A stretch of 64,000 nucleotides of DNA from Bryobacteraceae bacterium (GTDB taxonomy: Bacteria > Acidobacteriota > Terriglobia > Bryobacterales > Bryobacteraceae): positions 493 to 64,492 of the forward strand of contig JANXAE010000001.1 of the NCBI GenBank assembly GCA_025062235.1. The letters are read 5' to 3'. The position numbers and the translations under genes were made by a program. Below the pieces are notes generated by a model. That model was not told the DNA's origin and did not search any database. It worked only from the letters and a program-made list of their open reading frames with translations. Every line of letters begins with the position of its first letter. Position 1 is the first letter of the stretch. Below, in pieces: positions 60,236 to 64,000 of the stretch.

Positions 60236-62361
60236 CCGCCGGCACCCCCTCCCGTTTCGCCGGGCTTGAGCGCAACCAGGAAACCATCGGCGAGGCCGCC
60301 GGCGTGCCGCGGCTGCAACGCTCCGGGGGAGACCGGAAAATTCCGATCCTGCAAGGAACCCGCAACGTAAATCGTCCCGTCGGGCCCCACCGCGATGCCG
60401 TAGCCCACATTGACGCCCGCCCGGCCCAGGTACGTGGCGTACTTCAGCGCTGCCGGGCCAGCCACGGCAGGATCGAAAATTGCGCAGAAGGCTTCCACGC
60501 CCTCGCCGAAATCCTTCTGCGCGGCTTGGGGAGTGACCGGGAAGTCCGGGGAGAGGGTATAGCCTGTCAGGTAGATCCAGCCCTTGCTATCGAGCGCCAC
60601 ATCGTAGGCCACCTCGCCGCCGCTGGCGCCGAAATAAGTGGAGTACAGCAGGCCCTGTTCGCCGGGGCGCGAAGGATCGAGGATGGTGACAAAGGCCTGG
60701 CCTGGGCGACGCGGTGCGGGTTGGAGAGCGGTCGGCGTCACGGGGAAGTCGGTCGAAAGCGTATAGCCGGTCAACACCAGCTCGCCGTTGCGCCCTTTGA
60801 CCATCCGGCGCGGCGCCTCGCTGCCGCTGCCTCCCAAGTAACTCGAGTACACGAGAGCGTCGTACTCGGGCCGATTCATGTCGAGCACGGTCAGGAACAC
60901 GTCGCCGCCCTGCTGGTAGGAGGCACGCAAGGCGTCGCCCGAAACGTGGTATAGCTGCGAGGAAGTCTCCCCGGCGACAGCCACGAGCCCTGGGCCAAGT
61001 GCGACAACCGCGCGGACCTGGTCGTTGTATTCTCCCCCGATGTAGCTCGAATAACGGATCACCGCGCCGGGTTCGGGGGCGTTGGGATCCAACCAGACGA
61101 TGAAGCCATCCTGATCGCCCCAGCGGCCTCGTTGCAACACCTTCTCCTTCACCGGGAAATCTTCCGAACGTGTCACGCCGGCCACGTAAATGTTGCCGGC
61201 GGCATCGGAGGCGATAGCGTACCCCGTGTCGCTGTCGCTGCCCCCCAGATACGTCGAGAACACCAACGCGAAGGGCCCCGGAATCGCCGGGTTCAGCTTG
61301 ACGACAAAGGCGTCCTGCCCGGTGTCGCCAGCACGGTTGACCTGCGGGGCGTTGCCGCCCAGCGGGAAGTCGGTGGATTGGGTCCAGCCGGTCAGATAGA
61401 CGTTGCCCTCGGCGTCCACCTCGATGGCGTTTGGCGTATCGGCCTCGCTTCCCCCGAGATACGTGAAGTAGGAGAGCGCGTCGAGGCCTTCCTTGCTCAG
61501 ATCCAGTCGGGCGACGAAGATGTCGCGCTTGCCCGCGCCGCTGGTCTGCGCTGCGTCGGCGGTCACGGCGAAGTCACCGGAAGAGGTGTAGCCGGCGATG
61601 TAGACGGCGCCTTTCCCATCCACCCGCACGCCGATGATGGTGTCGTTGGTGACCGTGCCGAAGTAGGTGGCATAGACGAGCACCGGGTCCACTACCAGCG
61701 TGCGGCTGGCGTCATACGGCCCCACCTCGATGCCGACCCGGTTGTTTCCGAGCAGGCGGTAGCGGCAGGGGACAGGATCCCTGCGTTGCCTTCCGGTTTG
61801 CCATGCCACGGGCTTCTTGTGCAGCAGGCGGTGACGCCCCGCGCGGATCTCCAGATCGCCTTGCGGAGTCATGCGCACGCCCTCCGCGCCTTCGAAACGC
61901 AGCCGCACGGTCGACGGATCGGCGCCCGGCGCGATCTCCAGGTCGTACTCGAGCGATGGCCCGGCGGCGTAGAAACGCGCGGCGATGCCCGGGTAGAGCT
62001 CACGATAGCGCACGGCGCGGTAAACAGGCACGTCTAGCCGCCATTGCTCCGGGCCACGACCGAGAAAGTAGTCGCTGCGGGATGCAGCCCTGCCCTCTCC
62101 TTCGACCGCCGTCTCCCGGCGCCCGCCCTCCCATCGGATGCGCAGCGCTCCGCCGTCCTTAAACCGCAGCCGCACCTCCGCCGGTCTGAACTCAGCCAGA
62201 TATTCGGGGAAGTGCCCGAGAAAGCGCGCCTCTCCGGACCCGCTCGCAGCCGGCTCGAAGCGCGGGGGGATCGGGCCGGACCACGTCCTTCCCTCGGGGG
62301 CAGGACCTGCCAGGCACAGACCCGCGAACATCCAGCACAGCACGCAACGCCGCATCGTCAT
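60208..62361 (-). CDS. Secreted SBBP-repeat (beta-propeller) protein
   Basis: ELYPGI, LEYD...[24 protein letters not shown], repeated YSTYLGGS..D...IA.D..GN.YV.G.T.S.DFP. Confidence 0.85.
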   Translation of the reverse strand: MTMRRCVLCWMFAGLCLAGPAPEGRTWSGPIPPRFEPAASGSGEARFLGHFPEYLAEFRPAEVRLRFKDGGALRIRWEGGRRETAVEGEGRAASRSDYFLGRGPEQWRLDVPVYRAVRYRELYPGIAARFYAAGPSLEYDLEIAPGADPSTVRLRFEGAEGVRMTPQGDLEIRAGRHRLLHKKPVAWQTGRQRRDPVPCRYRLLGNNRVGIEVGPYDASRTLVVDPVLVYATYFGTVTNDTIIGVRVDGKGAVYIAGYTSSGDFAVTADAAQTSGAGKRDIFVARLDLSKEGLDALSYFTYLGGSEADTPNAIEVDAEGNVYLTGWTQSTDFPLGGNAPQVNRAGDTGQDAFVVKLNPAIPGPFALVFSTYLGGSDSDTGYAIASDAAGNIYVAGVTRSEDFPVKEKVLQRGRWGDQDGFIVWLDPNAPEPGAVIRYSSYIGGEYNDQVRAVVALGPGLVAVAGETSSQLYHVSGDALRASYQQGGDVFLTVLDMNRPEYDALVYSSYLGGSGSEAPRRMVKGRNGELVLTGYTLSTDFPVTPTALQPAPRRPGQAFVTILDPSRPGEQGLLYSTYFGASGGEVAYDVALDSKGWIYLTGYTLSPDFPVTPQAAQKDFGEGVEAFCAIFDPAVAGPAALKYATYLGRAGVNVGYGIAVGPDGTIYVAGSLQDRNFPVSPGALQPRHAGGLADGFLVALKPGETGGGAGGQRINMQSP

Positions 62362-62428
62362 GGCTCCCCGAAAGCAGGGCCGCAGGCCCTCGTTCCCAGT
62401 TTAACCGCCCGCAGCGAGCTCCCGCCGG

Positions 62429-64000
62429 TCACAGCACGATCCGCTGGTCACCGTCGCGGCGAGTCACTCGTTCGCGATCCAAGTATTCGAGCAGCGGGAT
62501 CGCGTATTTCCGTGACAGCCCCGTCCACTGCTTGAAGCGCGCAACGTCGAACCTCTCGCCTTTGTGCGCGCTGACGAGTGCGCGCAGTTCGGCCAAAGCC
62601 GCGGCGTGGAAAAGCATCTCGTCGGAGAGGCGCACCAGCGTGCCCTTGCGCAGAAGAAGCTCGAGCAGCCTCCGGGCCCGCGCGGCATCCAGTCCGGCGC
62701 GCGCCAGCGCTTCAGCCGCTGTGGGCGGAGTCCAGCCTGCCACCCTGAACGAGGCTTCGATCGTCTCGAGGGCTCGATGTTCTTCCTCGCTCAAGGTGAG
62801 GCTGTGCGTGGCCAGTCGCAGCGTATCGCCCTCCGCCACCACGCCAGCAGTGCGCCCCAGGACCTCATCCCACAGGAACGCGGGCGCGCCGGGAAGCACC
62901 AGGTTCCTGGCCTCTTCGCGGGGCATGCCGGCCCGCAAGGGGTTCGCACGGTGATAAGCGGCTAGCGCTTCGCAGAGGCGCTCCGACGCCAGCTCCAGCA
63001 CGTGTCGGCTAACGAGCCAGGAGCCGGCCTGCTGCAAGAGCACGAGCTTGGCGGCCGGTGCGGCCTGCTCGATCTCCTGGGGCAACAATCCCGTGCGCGC
63101 CACCAGTTCGCCGAGTCCACTGCCGTACCGAGTCTCGCCGACCAGAAGGCTGAGCTTTTCCGGGATGGATCCGCTCGCCAACACCGCAAGCCTCGTGCCG
63201 GGATGTTCTCCATGCCGGTATCGGCGCGGTGCGATGTCGACGACCGTGCCCCCACCGATCGTAACGACCGGCGAGAACATCCTGATGATGAAGCGGTCGC
63301 CGGGCAAGACCAAAGCCGGTTCGCGGAGCACGAGGCGCGCCCAAGTGGAGGAGCCCGGTTCCAAACGCGAGGCCGGTTCGAGGAGCCTCACTTCCGCTTC
63401 GATCTCGGCCGTACCCGCATGGAAGTGGACCGGGGCGCGGTCCTTGAGCGGTTTGGCGCTCGCCAGCAGCTCGAGCCTGCAATCGAACCGCGTTACGGGA
63501 CGGAAAAGTCCGGGTGCCGTCAGGACCGTGCCGCGCGGCAGTTCGGCCGGCTCCGCACCCGCCACGTTCAAGGCCGTCCTCTGGCCCGCCCGTGCGCGTT
63601 CCACCGGCTCGCCGTGGACCTGGATGCCGCGCACGCGGAGACGCCGACCGAGCGGGTGCGCCTCGACCTCTTCGTCGCACCTCACCGCGCCGGAAACCAA
63701 CGTGCCGGTTACGACGGTGCCGAAACCGCGCAACGTGAAGGAGCGGTCCACCGGAAGGCGGAAGTGGCGGCTGGCGTCCTTCTCCGGCGTGGCTGCGGCC
63801 ACGGCTCGGAGCGCTGTTTTCAGCTCCTCCAACCCTTGACCGGTCGCTGCGCTGACCGGGATCACGGGTGCGCCTTCGAGAAACGAGCCTCTGACGAATT
63901 CCTCGATCTCCAGCTTCACCAGCTCGATCAGATCGGCTTCGACGAGGTCGGCCTTGGTCAGCGCCACCAGGCCCCGCTGTATGCCGAGGAGGCGGCAGAT
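62429..64000 (-). CDS. selB: Selenocysteine-specific translation elongation factor (5' part outside window)
   Basis: LLGI..GLVALTKAD, FRLPVDRSF...GFGTVVTGT, GDRFIIR.FSP..TIGGG, winged-helix GLSRKYAIPLLEYLD. Confidence 0.93.
   Translation of the reverse strand: MCRLLGIQRGLVALTKADLVEADLIELVKLEIEEFVRGSFLEGAPVIPVSAATGQGLEELKTALRAVAAATPEKDASRHFRLPVDRSFTLRGFGTVVTGTLVSGAVRCDEEVEAHPLGRRLRVRGIQVHGEPVERARAGQRTALNVAGAEPAELPRGTVLTAPGLFRPVTRFDCRLELLASAKPLKDRAPVHFHAGTAEIEAEVRLLEPASRLEPGSSTWARLVLREPALVLPGDRFIIRMFSPVVTIGGGTVVDIAPRRYRHGEHPGTRLAVLASGSIPEKLSLLVGETRYGSGLGELVARTGLLPQEIEQAAPAAKLVLLQQAGSWLVSRHVLELASERLCEALAAYHRANPLRAGMPREEARNLVLPGAPAFLWDEVLGRTAGVVAEGDTLRLATHSLTLSEEEHRALETIEASFRVAGWTPPTAAEALARAGLDAARARRLLELLLRKGTLVRLSDEMLFHAAALAELRALVSAHKGERFDVARFKQWTGLSRKYAIPLLEYLDRERVTRRDGDQRIVL

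Overview
GC-rich bacterial chromosome segment, densely coding, most consistent with an Acidobacteriota (Bryobacter/Solibacter-like) genome. That lineage call is an inference from the NHL-repeat protein with a Solibacter-type C-terminal domain, the SBBP-repeat protein, Tat-exported oxidoreductases/hydrolases and a PEP-CTERM protein. Housekeeping genes include pgk, rlmH, xylB, a ROK kinase, truB, glmU, yvcK, ribD/ribE, ftsY, pta-ackA, tsaD, queA, partial selB and tRNA-Ser(GGA). The most unusual locus is a tightly coupled four-gene cobalamin methyl-transfer operon (8987-12513, minus strand). It encodes a corrinoid protein, two URO-D-fold Zn methyltransferases and a stand-alone MetH-type reactivation domain. 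It is divergent from a gene with an Ada-like Zn-binding domain, which is followed by about 1 kb of unexplained DNA. Other oddities are: tsaD and queA head-to-head with overlapping start codons (CATG); a TPM-nucleotidyltransferase-LemA operon with a degenerate DxD motif; an active plus apparently inactive CPBP protease pair; a divergent kinase/PP2C pair with similar sensor regions; repeated signatures of leaderless mRNAs; and a decayed island next to tRNA-Ser (oxidoreductase pseudogene, PEP-CTERM gene, IS5-family remnant). All product calls come from motif recognition by eye; no database searches were run.
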